Positions 16,181 to 27,080 are shown, numbered from the stretch's first letter. The stretch is 64,000 nt of DNA from an uncultured delta proteobacterium (GCA_963729715.1 CAVSPA010000007.1:224001-288000); one strand, 5' to 3'. Notes: a model not told the origin generated them from the letters alone. A program made the numbers and translations.

Positions 16181-17092
16181 ATGTTAAGAGCGCCGTATTT
16201 GAGCAGAATTAAGTGTAGCGGTTTTTTCCTCGTTATCATAGCGTGTGTCTTCATTACCCCTGCATGTGTCCCCAAGCCGCCTCCTCCCCTGCCTTCGCCC
16301 AAGCCCATCAAGATAGCTCTGGTCCTTGGCGCAGGGGCGTCAAGGGGATTTGCACATATCGGCGTACTGAAGATCCTCGAATCCAACAAAATCCCTATCC
16401 ACATGATAGTCGGCACGAGCGCCGGCAGCTTTGTGGGAAGCCTGTATGCGTATGGATTTGATGCCTACACACTTCAAACCATGGCTATCTCTATCCAGAG
16501 GGACGATATTGTAGATCTCACGATCCCTGACAATGGATTCGTCAAAGGTGAGAAACTCGAAAACTATGTGAACTGGGCGTTAAGGGATACCACCATGGAA
16601 AAGCTGCAGATCCCTTTCTATGCGGTCGCCACTAATATACAGACAGGTGAAGAAGTCGTTTTCGGTACGGGCAACACGGGAACTGCAGTGCGGGCAAGCT
16701 GTTCGATTCCCGGCATATTCCAACCGGTGAAACTTTCAGGCGGGACATATGTGGATGGAGGCGTCGTAAGCCCGGTGGCTATTGACGTAGCCAGAAAGTA
16801 CGGCGCTGACATCGTCATAGCCGTCGATATATCTGCCAGTCCTGCAAATTCATCCCCCAGGAGCACCATAGAAACGATACTGCAATCCATCGACATCATG
16901 CATGCCAAGATATCTCAGATACAACTGGGCAGGGCAGATGTCGTGATAAAACCCGATGTGGGTCATATAGGCGCGGCAGATTTTTCCAGGAGACATGAAG
17001 CCATCCTCGAGGGAGAGCGGGCGACACTGAATGCACTTCCCAATATTAACCGGATCATTTCCAGAATGAGACAGGAAGGCAGCATCCGGTAG
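16181..17092 (+). CDS. patatin-like phospholipase (probable lipoprotein)
   Basis: LGAGASRGFAHIG, GTSAG, DGG. Confidence 0.9.
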   Translation: MLRAPYLSRIKCSGFFLVIIACVFITPACVPKPPPPLPSPKPIKIALVLGAGASRGFAHIGVLKILESNKIPIHMIVGTSAGSFVGSLYAYGFDAYTLQTMAISIQRDDIVDLTIPDNGFVKGEKLENYVNWALRDTTMEKLQIPFYAVATNIQTGEEVVFGTGNTGTAVRASCSIPGIFQPVKLSGGTYVDGGVVSPVAIDVARKYGADIVIAVDISASPANSSPRSTIETILQSIDIMHAKISQIQLGRADVVIKPDVGHIGAADFSRRHEAILEGERATLNALPNINRIISRMRQEGSIR

Positions 17093-17226
17093 CACATGCC
17101 CTGAGGAGTTTCATCACGGTCTGAAAAGCGGAGTTTCGGGTTATACGCCTTTCATCAGGTATGCAGGGACGCCCTCTTTTCTTCCCTGACCGGAGGGGTT
17201 ACTCAAATGAACAAAGGAATTGACGA

Positions 17227-17655
17227 ATGAAAAAGGCCGGCAGAGGCGACAATGTGAAAGTCCACTATAAAGGCTCATTTGATGACGGCTCAGTCTTCGA
17301 TTCCTCTCTGGATTGTGGTCCTCTCGAATTCAAAATCGGCGGTGGGCAAGTCATTCCCGGTTTTGAAGATGCCGTTGTTGGAATGCAGGTGGGAGAAACA
17401 AAGACCTCTAAAATCACGACCGACAAGGCCTATGGATCGCACCTTGAAGAAATGATCGTTGTCTTCGAGCGCGATCAGCTTCCTAAAGACTTTCAGCCGA
17501 GTGTCGGTCAACGGCTGCAATTCCGCAGGGATGACGGACAAGTTATCGAAGTTACTGTGACCGGCATATCAGATACGAGCGTCACATTCGATGGGAACCA
17601 TCCCCTGGCGGGCAAGGATTTGATTTTCGAGATCGAGCTTCTCGGAATTGCCTGA
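17227..17655 (+). CDS. FKBP-type peptidyl-prolyl isomerase (SlyD/FkpB-like, no His-rich tail)
   Basis: VHYKG...FDSS, QVIPGFE, AYG, DGNHPLAGKDLIF. Confidence 0.9.
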   Translation: MKKAGRGDNVKVHYKGSFDDGSVFDSSLDCGPLEFKIGGGQVIPGFEDAVVGMQVGETKTSKITTDKAYGSHLEEMIVVFERDQLPKDFQPSVGQRLQFRRDDGQVIEVTVTGISDTSVTFDGNHPLAGKDLIFEIELLGIA

Positions 17656-17952
17656 TCAATTCGAGAAAGTTTTTCTTCCACTTATGGCAAACTCAAGAAG
17701 ACGGATGCATACTAGTTAATTTATCACAAAACTCTTATAGAAAAAACTTGACATTCGACAAAAAGTCATAATAGATTGGCGCATATTTGAGGAAAGAAGC
17801 TTTTTTACCGTTCAGAAAGTCATAAAAAGTTGGGTAATGGCATTTTGCAGTATAAGGTAGACCATCATGTTCGTGAGGGATATGGTGAATTGTTCTTTCT
17901 GTCAACGTGGAAATCCAACTTTTGAAAAATCTAAGAAAGGAGGATGAAAACA

Positions 17953-18153
17953 ATGTCAGAAGGAGTCGTTAAGTGGTTTAATGAGAAGAAGGGATTCGGA
18001 TTCATTGCCAATGATGAAGGCGGCGATGTATTTGTTCATTTCAGTGCCATTCAAGACAGCGGTTTTAGGACGTTATCTGAGGGCCAGCGCGTCAAATTTG
18101 ACGTCCAGCAGAGTCCAAAGGGTCCCTCTGCTGTTAATGTGAAGACTGTATAA
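17953..18153 (+). CDS. cold-shock protein (CspA family)
   Basis: [24 protein letters not shown]. Confidence 0.95.
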   Translation: MSEGVVKWFNEKKGFGFIANDEGGDVFVHFSAIQDSGFRTLSEGQRVKFDVQQSPKGPSAVNVKTV

Positions 18154-18163
18154 GCGGTTCTTT

Positions 18164-18213
18164 ACAGAAAGAGGCACCCCGGTTCAGGTATTTACAGGGG
18201 TGCCTCTTTCTGT
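18164..18213 (+). terminator. terminator-like hairpin between csp and RRM genes
   Basis: Perfect 17-bp stem ACAGAAAGAGGCACCCC / GGGGTGCCTCTTTCTGT. Confidence 0.7.
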
Positions 18214-18252
18214 CTTCAGGTTTTTCTGCGGTAACCGAAAAGGAGACAATAC

Positions 18253-18579
18253 ATGAATAAGAAATTATACATCGGAAATCTGTCCAGCAAGGTTACTGAG
18301 ACTGATCTGAGGTCAAACTTTGCCGGAGCGGGTAAAGTCATGTCGGTGAATATCATAAAAGACAGGTTAACCGGACTATCCAAAGGATTCGGATTTGTCG
18401 AGATGGCATCCGAAGAGGAAGCAAAAGAGGCAATTGAAAAATTCAATGGCGGCCAACTTGACGGAAACACAATCGTTGTCAGTGAAGCCAGGCCAAAAAA
18501 AGACAGGGAGAGCGGAAGAGCAAGACCGTACCAGTCGGATTCCGGCGGAGGATTCAGAGGCAGTCGCGGCAGACGGTAA
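18253..18579 (+). CDS. RRM (RNP-1) RNA-binding protein with Gly/Arg-rich tail
   Basis: KLYIGNL, SKGFGFVEM. Confidence 0.93.
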   Translation: MNKKLYIGNLSSKVTETDLRSNFAGAGKVMSVNIIKDRLTGLSKGFGFVEMASEEEAKEAIEKFNGGQLDGNTIVVSEARPKKDRESGRARPYQSDSGGGFRGSRGRR

Positions 18580-19080
18580 TAAGACCAACACCTACCTTAG
18601 ACCATCACATACTGCATCCAGAAACACATCTTTGCATATTGCGACCTCGCAAGAAGTCATTTGCAAATTCACCACGTTTCACATTTCAAAGGATCCTATA
18701 TAAATTGATTTTTTGTGTGATTATTATCACAGCTTTTTGTTGCGCTGCACTTTAGATTATGACCCAAGAGATGTTGTGAAAAAAACGAGTTGCGAATCGA
18801 GAGGTGAAAGAGCAACCATATCTGAGAAAGGAGGAAAGTAAATGGAACCATTAATGTCAACACAATTATCGGTGCCACTTTCTCATATCCTCTTCCTTCT
18901 GTCCCTCACCACACTTGTATTGATTTTTGGTTACACCAGAACGGCCTTGCTTCTCAACTACAGCTTTCTAATTTACTGGAGCTACCTTTCGAACGTCCTA
19001 CTATTCACGGAAAACGGAAAAAGGAGAATTACAACTCAATCGCATTACGTTACTCTACATAGCATTCGGTTTTGCTATTC

Positions 19081-20498
19081 GAGATATAACCCAAAGTTGT
19101 GGACAGGATAAAAAGAAGGCGTATCCTAAATAAGTGTAGTTTAACTTAAAGCCCCCTTGGCGAGAGGGGAGAAAGAAGGATACGCCCATGGAGAATAATG
19201 AACGAGATTATCTGGAAAAGCAAGTTAAAGAAGAATCAAAAAGCGCATTGGAGTTAATTATCCGGGAAGGCGCCTGTCGGATGTTGCAGGCGGCCATAGA
19301 GAATGAGATAAGTGAGTACATTGAGAGTTTCAAGGATGCGAGAGATAATGGTGGTCGGCGCATGGTTGTGAGGAACGGGTCCTTACCGGAAAGAGAGATT
19401 GTGACTGGCATTGGGCCATTGCAAGTGAAACAGCCCCGCATTCACGACAAGAGAGAAGGCGAGGCTTTTACCAGCACTATTTTGCCGAGATATATGAGAA
19501 GAGTTCCATCAATAGACGCTTTAATACCGGCACTCTATCTTAAGGGGATCTCCACTGGGGATTTCAGTGAGGCACTAGAATCCATATTAGGAAAGAACGC
19601 AACGGGGCTTTCCGCCACAAATATTGTTCGATTAAAGACTCTCTGGGGACAAGATTATGAAAACTGGGCGGGGCGGGATCTTGCCCATAAGCGATACGTT
19701 TATTTCTGGGCAGACGGCATTTATTTCAATGTTCGTTTGGGAGATGTGGAGAACAAGCGGCAATGCATCTTGGTCATTATGGGGACATTGGAAGACGGGA
19801 AGAAGGAACTTGTTTCCCTTCTTGACGGATACCGGGAGAGCAAACAGGTTTGGCAGGAGATGCTGCGCGATCTCAAGCAAAGGGGGCTTAAAGAAGGTCC
19901 TAAGTTGGCGGTTGGTGACGGCGGCTTGGGATTCTGGGCAGCCCTTCGGGAGGAGTTTCCGGAAACAATAGAGCAGCGTTGCTGGGTTCATAAGACTGCC
20001 AATATCCTGGATAAGATGCCAAAGAGCGTTCAACCGAGAGCCAAGGTTCATATCTGCGACATGTATATGGCTCCGACCAGGGATGAAGCCTTTAGAGCCT
20101 ATGATTATTTCTTATCTCAATATCAGGCAAAATATGAAAAAGCATGCGAGTGTTTAAGAAAAGACAAAGAAAGTCTTTTTGCTTTTTATGATTTCCCGGC
20201 AGAGCACTGGCGTCATATCCGGTCTACAAATCCTATCGAATCAACCTTTGCCACTGTGAGGCTTCGCACAAAACGGACAAAAGGTTGTGGCTCAAGATTG
20301 GCAACACTTACCATGGTTTTCAAATTGGCCATGGAAGCAGAAAAGACTTGGCAGAGAATCAGGGGGCATAACCTTATCTGCAAGGTCATTGAAGGAATCA
20401 GATTTGTTGATGGTGTAATAATGAAAGAAGCTGCTTGAATTTGAAAAGGGTCAGGATACGTTGAAAAATGTCTCATCCACAACTATTGACAATATCCC
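19081..20498 (+). mobile_element. IS256-family insertion sequence
   Basis: Imperfect IRs GAGATATAACCCAAAGTTGTGGA / TCCACAACTATTGACAATATCCC; 9-bp target duplication TTGCTATTC at 19072-19080 and 20499-20507. Confidence 0.93.
19188..20438 (+). CDS. IS256-family (Mutator-like) DDE transposase
   Basis: LYLKGISTGDF, WADGIY, VGDGGLGFW, QRCWVHK, STNPIESTF. Confidence 0.95.
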   Translation: MENNERDYLEKQVKEESKSALELIIREGACRMLQAAIENEISEYIESFKDARDNGGRRMVVRNGSLPEREIVTGIGPLQVKQPRIHDKREGEAFTSTILPRYMRRVPSIDALIPALYLKGISTGDFSEALESILGKNATGLSATNIVRLKTLWGQDYENWAGRDLAHKRYVYFWADGIYFNVRLGDVENKRQCILVIMGTLEDGKKELVSLLDGYRESKQVWQEMLRDLKQRGLKEGPKLAVGDGGLGFWAALREEFPETIEQRCWVHKTANILDKMPKSVQPRAKVHICDMYMAPTRDEAFRAYDYFLSQYQAKYEKACECLRKDKESLFAFYDFPAEHWRHIRSTNPIESTFATVRLRTKRTKGCGSRLATLTMVFKLAMEAEKTWQRIRGHNLICKVIEGIRFVDGVIMKEAA

Positions 20499-20724
20499 TT
20501 GCTATTCTCCTGCTTGCTACGATGGGTCTTATGCATAATAGAGAGTGATAAGATTCCGCATCTCTCATTTGTATTTTGTTCCGGGCATGTTTTGTTATAC
20601 AGATGGCACCTGCAGAGCAGGAAATGCTGCTCTGCAGATGCCGCCCTTGCGACAGGCAATACACCCTGTCAGTACCTCCTGAAGGCCAGGTGAAGATGTG
20701 CAATTTAACGGTATTTTCCCCGGC

Positions 20725-20761
20725 CATGAAGCTCCCCGACCTGCCGGCGGGGAGCTTCATG
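20725..20761. repeat. perfect 14-bp hairpin downstream of glyA (terminator or REP-like)
   Basis: CATGAAGCTCCCCG-N9-CGGGGAGCTTCATG. Confidence 0.6.
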
Positions 20762-20783
20762 AACATTGGCAGATTATACCCGG

Positions 20784-22151
20784 TTAAATATTAAGAGGGT
20801 ACTTCCGGCAGAGGGATTTCACTTCCGCGGCAATTTTCCGGAGCTCCGGCATTTTCTTGATCTTCTCTTCAAACTCAGCAGGCTTCAGATTACAATCAGG
20901 TGCGACAACTCTAATGACGTAATCGACCCACTCGGCAATCTTATCCATCTCTTTTTCCTTCATGCCGCGCGTGGTGATGGTCGGCGTGCCCATCCGTAGC
21001 CCTGATGGGTTCATTGGTGACCCGGTTTCATTGGGAACCGAATTGCGGTTCATGATGATTCCCGCCTGGTCAAGGGCTCTGGCAGGATTGCGACCCGATA
21101 GTTTCTTGCTTCTCATATCGATGAGCACGAGATGCTTGTCCGTTCCGCCGGAAACAACATCGTAGCCCCTCTCCATGAACCTTTGCGCGAGCCTCTGAGC
21201 ATTCTTTACCACCTGGAAGGCATATCTTTTAAACGCCGGCGTACACGCCTCTTTCAGACAAACCGCGAGGGAAGCGATTGTGTGTTCGAAAGGGCCACCC
21301 TGCAAACCCGGGAAAACGCCGAAATCTATTCTTTCTGCCAAATCGCCTCTGCATAGGATAACGGCGCCCCGTGGCCCGCGGATGGTCTTATGCGTTGTAA
21401 AAGTGATGACATCCGCTTTACCTACAGGCGATTTATTGGCGCCCGCTGCAACGAGGCCGGCCTCATGAGCGATATCCGCAAGATAATAGGCGCCCACTTC
21501 CTTCGCAACAGAATGAAGGGCGTCATAATTGATTTCGCGCGGATATGCGGTACCCCCTGAGATGATCATCTTAGGGCGGTACTCCTTGGCAATAGCCATG
21601 ATCTTCTTATAATCAAAGAGCCGAGAACCAGGCTCTACTTTGTACTGCACCACTTTAAAAATTTTTGAAACGATACTGATTTTTCTCTTGCCGCCCAGAT
21701 ATATAGCCTGCTCAACCTGCCCTTCCAATCCCTGTTCATCTTTTTCGGGAAATGACCAGCCATGCGACAAGTGCCCGCCATCCGGCAGATACATGCTCAA
21801 GATAGTGTCTCCGGGCTCGAGAAGCCCGTTATAAACGGCCAGATTCGAATTACCTCCGGCAAGCGGCTGCACGTTCACATGCCAGTCGTCAGGGAGAGAG
21901 AAGGCCCGCCTTGCCCTCTGCTGGCAAAGTTCTTCAAGATTGTCCACGAACTGGTTTCCTTCATAATACCGCTTATGAGGATATCCCTCGGCATATTTAT
22001 GTACAAATAATGATGATAAGGCCTCCCGAACTGCGGGACTGGAAAAGTTTTCCGATGGGATCATCGACAGTTTATACTGCTGCTTCTCTTCCTCCTTCTT
22101 GATCAGCTTGTAGATCTCACGATCCTGTTTCTTAAGATTCGGAAAATCCAT
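20784..22151 (-). CDS. glyA: serine hydroxymethyltransferase (divergent)
   Basis: IPSEN, KYAEGYP.KRYY, GGHLSHG, DIAH, TTHKTIRGPRG, FPGLQGGP, SGGTDKHL, SGLRMGTP. Confidence 0.9.
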   Translation of the reverse strand: MDFPNLKKQDREIYKLIKKEEEKQQYKLSMIPSENFSSPAVREALSSLFVHKYAEGYPHKRYYEGNQFVDNLEELCQQRARRAFSLPDDWHVNVQPLAGGNSNLAVYNGLLEPGDTILSMYLPDGGHLSHGWSFPEKDEQGLEGQVEQAIYLGGKRKISIVSKIFKVVQYKVEPGSRLFDYKKIMAIAKEYRPKMIISGGTAYPREINYDALHSVAKEVGAYYLADIAHEAGLVAAGANKSPVGKADVITFTTHKTIRGPRGAVILCRGDLAERIDFGVFPGLQGGPFEHTIASLAVCLKEACTPAFKRYAFQVVKNAQRLAQRFMERGYDVVSGGTDKHLVLIDMRSKKLSGRNPARALDQAGIIMNRNSVPNETGSPMNPSGLRMGTPTITTRGMKEKEMDKIAEWVDYVIRVVAPDCNLKPAEFEEKIKKMPELRKIAAEVKSLCRKYPLNI

Positions 22152-22331
22152 GAAGTTGTTCCTCCTGTATTTTATGACAAAGCGCAGGCATATTACCCTA
22201 TGTCTTCATTTATCTCAAGGGGGCGTTTTGGAAATTCTTATGAATGAGGGCGAGGCAATGATTTTTAATGGCCGTCCCCTGTCTTATGTGATATTAGAGC
22301 CGCCAGTAATTTCAGGGGTTCAGGTGTAGTA

Positions 22332-24473
22332 ATGGAAGAAACGAGTGCAACAGCGGGCGTAACCGGCCAGAGAGTGGCTATGACAGTGCTGACGAGTATG
22401 GTTTTTTCCGGCGCACTCCTCCTTTTCGGGATGGAGCCCCTTGTCGGTCGATTGCTGACACCTTATTTCGGGGGTGCGGCCCATGTCTGGCTTACGTGCC
22501 TGATGTTCTATCAAGCCATGCTCCTCATCGGATATCTGTATGCACATCTCTATGCAAAAAAAATGGGGGGCTGGCATTTGCTCCTGCTTGCCCTTCCCCT
22601 GATAAATATGCCGTTGAATATCAGTGCCCAACCCGATGCCGAGGCGCCGCTCCTCAACATCCTCGGCATATTGTTTATGAATGTGGCGCTGCCCTTCATC
22701 GTCCTTTCGACAACGGCGGTCGTCGCTCAGTTATGGCTCTATCGATCTTCAGTAGGAAAGCACCTTGAGCCGTATCCGCTGTATGCCGCTTCAAATGCAG
22801 GGTCTCTTATTGCGCTTCTGGGTTACACTTTCTTAGCCGAACCTCTGGTGGGTCTGAGAATACAGAGCCTTTCCTGGACAGGAGCGTATATTGTCTATGC
22901 GCTTATTTGCGTGGCGGCCTGGTTTCAACTCCGTCCGGATAAAGAGCGAAATATTCAGACTTCGGAAGCCGGCGGAGAAATTGAACAGGACAAGGTTACG
23001 TCTTTAACCTATGCGAGGTGGCTGCTGCTCAGCAGCCTTCCTTCCGCATTTCTTCTGGCCGTTACTAACTTCATCGCTCTGGAAGTCGGTTCTTTCCCTT
23101 TGACCTGGGTCCTCCCCTTGGCCCTTTACTTGGGTAGCTTCATCGTGACCTTTTCGAACAGGGGTGGCGTCCCCCGCTTCCTGAAAATATTATGGCCGGA
23201 AATCCTGCTCATCACATTCATACTTTATCTGTGGGGACCTTCGCATTGGCTCGCCATCATCGGACATCTGTCTGTCTTCTTTATGATTTGTCTGGTTGCG
23301 CACGGCACGCTCTATGAGCGTCGACCGCGCCCCGGGCATCTCACCAATTTCTATCTCGCGATCGCCTTGGGGGGCTGGATAGGCGGGGCCTTCATCAGCC
23401 TTATCGCCCCTTATATGTTTAAAGGACTGTTTGAATATCCTGTGTTGCTCCTATTATTAGGTTGTTCCTTCTGGTGGTGTTCTAACAGGTTATTTGTCTC
23501 GTACAGGCCCGGCACGCCTATCCTTGCCGCCGGCGGCCGTATCTTGATCATGACCATTATGCTCACCGTCATCGGCATGGAGTCTTGGACATCATGGCAA
23601 GAGCCGATTAAATTTCGTCATCGGAATTTTTACGGGACGTACCGCATCAAGGACGAGCCATCCGTCGAAGGCATGCCGGGAGGGCTGAGAAAACTGCTTC
23701 ATGGCAGGACCTTGCATGGAGCCCAGCTACTCGATCCGGACATGCGGCAGACACCGATTTCTTACTTCTATCCGGGGGGAGGAATTGCCGATGTCTATCA
23801 AACAACTAATACCCCTCGAAGAATCGCTGTACTGGGGCTCGGATCGGGCGCTGTCGCCGCGTATGCAAAAGATACCGACAGCATCACCTATTATGAAATA
23901 GACCCTGACAATGAAAAGATCGCCCGGCAGTGGTTTACGTATCTTGATGACTGCAAGGTCAAAGTTCGCGTCGTTGTCGGTGACGGGCGCCTCTCAATGC
24001 AGAAGTCAGACGGCGCAGGTCACGACTATGACATTATCCACATGGATGCGTTTACAGGCGATGGCATCCCGACACACCTGCTGACACGGGAAGCCATGGA
24101 AATATATCTCAGCAGACTGGCACAAGATGGAGTCATCCTCTTTCACGTCTCTAACCGCTACTATGAACTGAGACCCGTGATCAAATCCACATCCGCGGAA
24201 CTGAACCTGTATGGCGCCATAAATGTACCGGCAACAAGGGACAAATTGAAATATTATCAGAATGCATCCTGGTGTGTCGCCCTTGCAAGGAATCCTGCTC
24301 GCCTTCAGCCATTGGTGAACCGCGGTTGGGTGAGGCTGGGAAAGGATGACGGATTGAATGGGAGTGCGTTATGGACCGACGATTATATAAATATACTCGC
24401 ACCGTTAGGAGAAAATATAAGATACAATTTAGCAAAGTATAACATGAATCTGTTTAAACTCCATGTTCAATGA
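22332..24473 (+). CDS. fused membrane domain / spermidine-synthase-like SAM-binding protein
   Basis: Multi-TM N-terminus; RNFYG, HGRTLHG, VLGLGSG, YEIDP, GDGR, MDAF, WTDDY. Confidence 0.85.
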   Translation: MEETSATAGVTGQRVAMTVLTSMVFSGALLLFGMEPLVGRLLTPYFGGAAHVWLTCLMFYQAMLLIGYLYAHLYAKKMGGWHLLLLALPLINMPLNISAQPDAEAPLLNILGILFMNVALPFIVLSTTAVVAQLWLYRSSVGKHLEPYPLYAASNAGSLIALLGYTFLAEPLVGLRIQSLSWTGAYIVYALICVAAWFQLRPDKERNIQTSEAGGEIEQDKVTSLTYARWLLLSSLPSAFLLAVTNFIALEVGSFPLTWVLPLALYLGSFIVTFSNRGGVPRFLKILWPEILLITFILYLWGPSHWLAIIGHLSVFFMICLVAHGTLYERRPRPGHLTNFYLAIALGGWIGGAFISLIAPYMFKGLFEYPVLLLLLGCSFWWCSNRLFVSYRPGTPILAAGGRILIMTIMLTVIGMESWTSWQEPIKFRHRNFYGTYRIKDEPSVEGMPGGLRKLLHGRTLHGAQLLDPDMRQTPISYFYPGGGIADVYQTTNTPRRIAVLGLGSGAVAAYAKDTDSITYYEIDPDNEKIARQWFTYLDDCKVKVRVVVGDGRLSMQKSDGAGHDYDIIHMDAFTGDGIPTHLLTREAMEIYLSRLAQDGVILFHVSNRYYELRPVIKSTSAELNLYGAINVPATRDKLKYYQNASWCVALARNPARLQPLVNRGWVRLGKDDGLNGSALWTDDYINILAPLGENIRYNLAKYNMNLFKLHVQ

Positions 24474-24681
24474 AATACTTAAAAGCTGGGCGCAATTCCC
24501 GCATAACTTGCAGCCGCCTTTCTGTTGGATATTCTTATGATTATGCAACAATTATAACATAATAATCCTTCCTCAAAAAAATTAAAAAGATTTCTTTTCA
24601 ACTCTGGAGCAATGTGAAAGAATACTAATGTATACTATCCCGCATTGGAGAATTCTTTCGTAACCCTCCCAGGAGTAACCG

Positions 24682-25224
24682 ATGAAATTTAAACCTTATG
24701 AACAGGGAGCTCTTGATTCGCTTTGCGGCATATACAGTATCGTAAATGCCATGCGCGTAATCAGGGGACTCAGTAACGAGGATTCGCAGGAACTTTTTAC
24801 GCAGATTATTTGCTACCTTGAAGAAAATAAGAATCTCGCTGTAACGCTCGCGCAGGGAATCAGCATAACGGTGATGGGGAGCATATTCAAGGATATCATC
24901 GGAGAAAAAGTAGACCGGGCAATACCTTTCCAAAAGCAGACGGACGTGGGAATCAGTGAATTCTGGACCGAGATGGCAAGGTTTCTTTACGAGAAACGTG
25001 CAAAAGGGGAAAAGAGGGCCATTCTTCTGAGCCTGGGCGGTCTGCATGACCACTGGACTATCGTTCGGAAGATCACGAGCAAGCGCATCTGGCTTTTCGA
25101 TTCAATCGGCCTGCGGAATCTGGACCGCAGCAAATGCACAACCCGCAAGGCATCGTCCAGCAGGCGTCATTTGATATATCCCACGCAAACATATTTTTTA
25201 AAGCAAAATCAGCATGTTCTGTAG
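24682..25224 (+). CDS. hypothetical protein, possible papain-like cysteine peptidase
   Basis: QGALDSLCGIYS...HWTIV...LFDS. Confidence 0.55.
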   Translation: MKFKPYEQGALDSLCGIYSIVNAMRVIRGLSNEDSQELFTQIICYLEENKNLAVTLAQGISITVMGSIFKDIIGEKVDRAIPFQKQTDVGISEFWTEMARFLYEKRAKGEKRAILLSLGGLHDHWTIVRKITSKRIWLFDSIGLRNLDRSKCTTRKASSSRRHLIYPTQTYFLKQNQHVL

Positions 25225-25539
25225 TTAATGTCCTGTCATCACCAGACATGCGGCTGATCAATTCAAGAATTTACTCTCAATTGAGATTGAACCCGAGATT
25301 TCGTTTCTCTTCCCGCTATAGAGAGTGATCCGCGCCTGTATGCGCGTGTGCGGTTAATTTTCCGGCTGGAATACCGCTTTGTGTCTATTATCACCTATCC
25401 TGAATAAAGTTAAAATAAGATCATTTTAATGTTGCTTTTTTGATGCTCAGAATTTATAAGAGTTCATTGATGCGCAGATGCTGATGTTTCCGCCTTCGGC
25501 GGATCGAGACCATATAGAATATAAAAGGGAGGAGATGCT

Positions 25540-25809
25540 ATGAACAAAGAAGATCTGATCAATGAGGTTGCAAAGTCAACGTGCAGCAAGGTGGAGGCAG
25601 TAAGCGCCGTTAATTCCGTCCTTGATGCGATCAAGAAGGCCCTTAAAAAAGGAGACAAGGTGACTCTCGTCGGCTTTGGAACTTTCTCCGTTGCGAAGAG
25701 ATCCGCAAGGACAGGAAGAAATCCCCAGACCGGCAAACCGATCAAGATTGCGGCCAAGAAAGTGCCCAAGTTTACTGCCGGTAAGGCACTGAAAGATGCC
25801 ATTAAATAA
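25540..25809 (+). CDS. hup: DNA-binding protein HU
   Basis: [25 protein letters not shown]. Confidence 0.95.
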   Translation: MNKEDLINEVAKSTCSKVEAVSAVNSVLDAIKKALKKGDKVTLVGFGTFSVAKRSARTGRNPQTGKPIKIAAKKVPKFTAGKALKDAIK

Positions 25810-25863
25810 CATTCAGATATTATAAAAATACGTTCAATATTTTTTCAGACCACTTGACAGTTT

Positions 25864-25895
25864 GGGCGGGATAAACTCCCGCCCTTTCTTATTTT
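25864..25895 (+). terminator. intrinsic terminator
   Basis: GGGCGGGA-TAAAC-TCCCGCCC followed by a T-rich tail. Confidence 0.75.
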
Positions 25896-26084
25896 GAGAA
25901 GCAGTTCCGGTATCTGTTTCAAACTCAGCCTTACGGGCACACGGTATAAACAGGTGCAGATTTCTCCTCTGATCATCCGGTCCCTTTTCTAGATTTTGCA
26001 ACTATATTTAAGCTCGCATTTTTGAAAGCATTTATTCTATAATACTGCAAAATAAGTTTTTTACGCAGTGCCTATGAGTCACAC

Positions 26085-26696
26085 ATGCATGCCCTTCTTC
26101 TGACTATCACAAAATATTCTTATTTTGGCATTTTTGTCGCGTTGGGGCTAGGGATCCTGGGTCTTCCCTTTCCTGATGAGACTCTGATTGCATTTGTAGG
26201 CTTTTTAGTTTATGAAGGCAAACTAAGCTATCTCTATGCCCTTGCAGTCTGTTTCGTAGGGAGTTCAGCGGGCGTAACGCTTGGTTATATCCTTGGCAGG
26301 ACATTGGGAAATCGTTTAATAAAGAAATATTCCACCAAGCTGGGTGTAAATCCGGCTCATATTCAAGATGCAAAAAAGTTTTACGTGCGATATGGAAAAT
26401 TCGCGTTGTTCGCCGGTTATTTTATTCCAGGAGTAAGACATCTCACGGCCATTTTTGCGGGGTCATCCATTATGCCGTATCCGTTGTTTGCCGCCTTCGC
26501 CTATTCCGGGGCCGCGCTCTGGACGATTGTTTTTATGAATCTTGGATTCTTTCTCGGCGAGAAATGGGATCGCGTTTCCGCATATTCAAATCGCTACATT
26601 ATACCCCTTATCCTTGTTGCGACTATATCTCTTGTCATAGCGATTTATTGGAAAGGTATTGAGGGAAACTCAAATGAGCATGAAAAACAAAAATGA
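26085..26696 (+). CDS. DedA-family membrane protein
   Basis: GLPFPDETL, GYFIPGVRHL. Confidence 0.9.
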   Translation: MHALLLTITKYSYFGIFVALGLGILGLPFPDETLIAFVGFLVYEGKLSYLYALAVCFVGSSAGVTLGYILGRTLGNRLIKKYSTKLGVNPAHIQDAKKFYVRYGKFALFAGYFIPGVRHLTAIFAGSSIMPYPLFAAFAYSGAALWTIVFMNLGFFLGEKWDRVSAYSNRYIIPLILVATISLVIAIYWKGIEGNSNEHEKQK

Positions 26697-26735
26697 AGAT
26701 ATCAACCAAATTCAGTAATGTGAGGAGAATGGACC

Positions 26736-26930
26736 ATGGCCACGATTATGCCCGAGGGAGAAGCTATTCGCAAAGCTGTAAAATGGATTTCTGATAAACT
26801 GCTCGATGATCCGAACAAGCCCGTTCAGAAACTTATCAATGAAGCAGTCATGCGCTTTGATCTCTCTCCGAAAGATGCCGTCTTTCTGGCAGACTTCTAC
26901 CGCAAAGGCAAGACGGGTGCACCAGAATAA
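26736..26930 (+). CDS. small hypothetical protein
   Basis: GAGGAG RBS; MATIMPEGEAIRKAVKWIS...RFDLSPKD. Confidence 0.65.
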   Translation: MATIMPEGEAIRKAVKWISDKLLDDPNKPVQKLINEAVMRFDLSPKDAVFLADFYRKGKTGAPE

Positions 26931-27080
26931 TTTATTCGACAGGCGTTTGCGGGTATTTACAGTGGTTCGTTGGCGGCTGTGATCGGCAGCCTTGGCGTCT
27001 CCGAGATTCGTCTTCTGCTCAGCATAAAAATACGGTGGTTGAGCGGGTCTCTCCTGTCCGAGGAAAGAAGGAATGACGTT

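Larger units (their letters stand above)
18842..20548 (+). pseudogene. small membrane protein gene disrupted by a 7-bp duplication and an IS256 insertion
   Basis: Removing one ACGGAAA copy (19007-19020) and the IS with one target copy restores ...LFTEKGELQLNRITLLYIAFGFAILLLATMGLMHNRE*. Confidence 0.75.
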
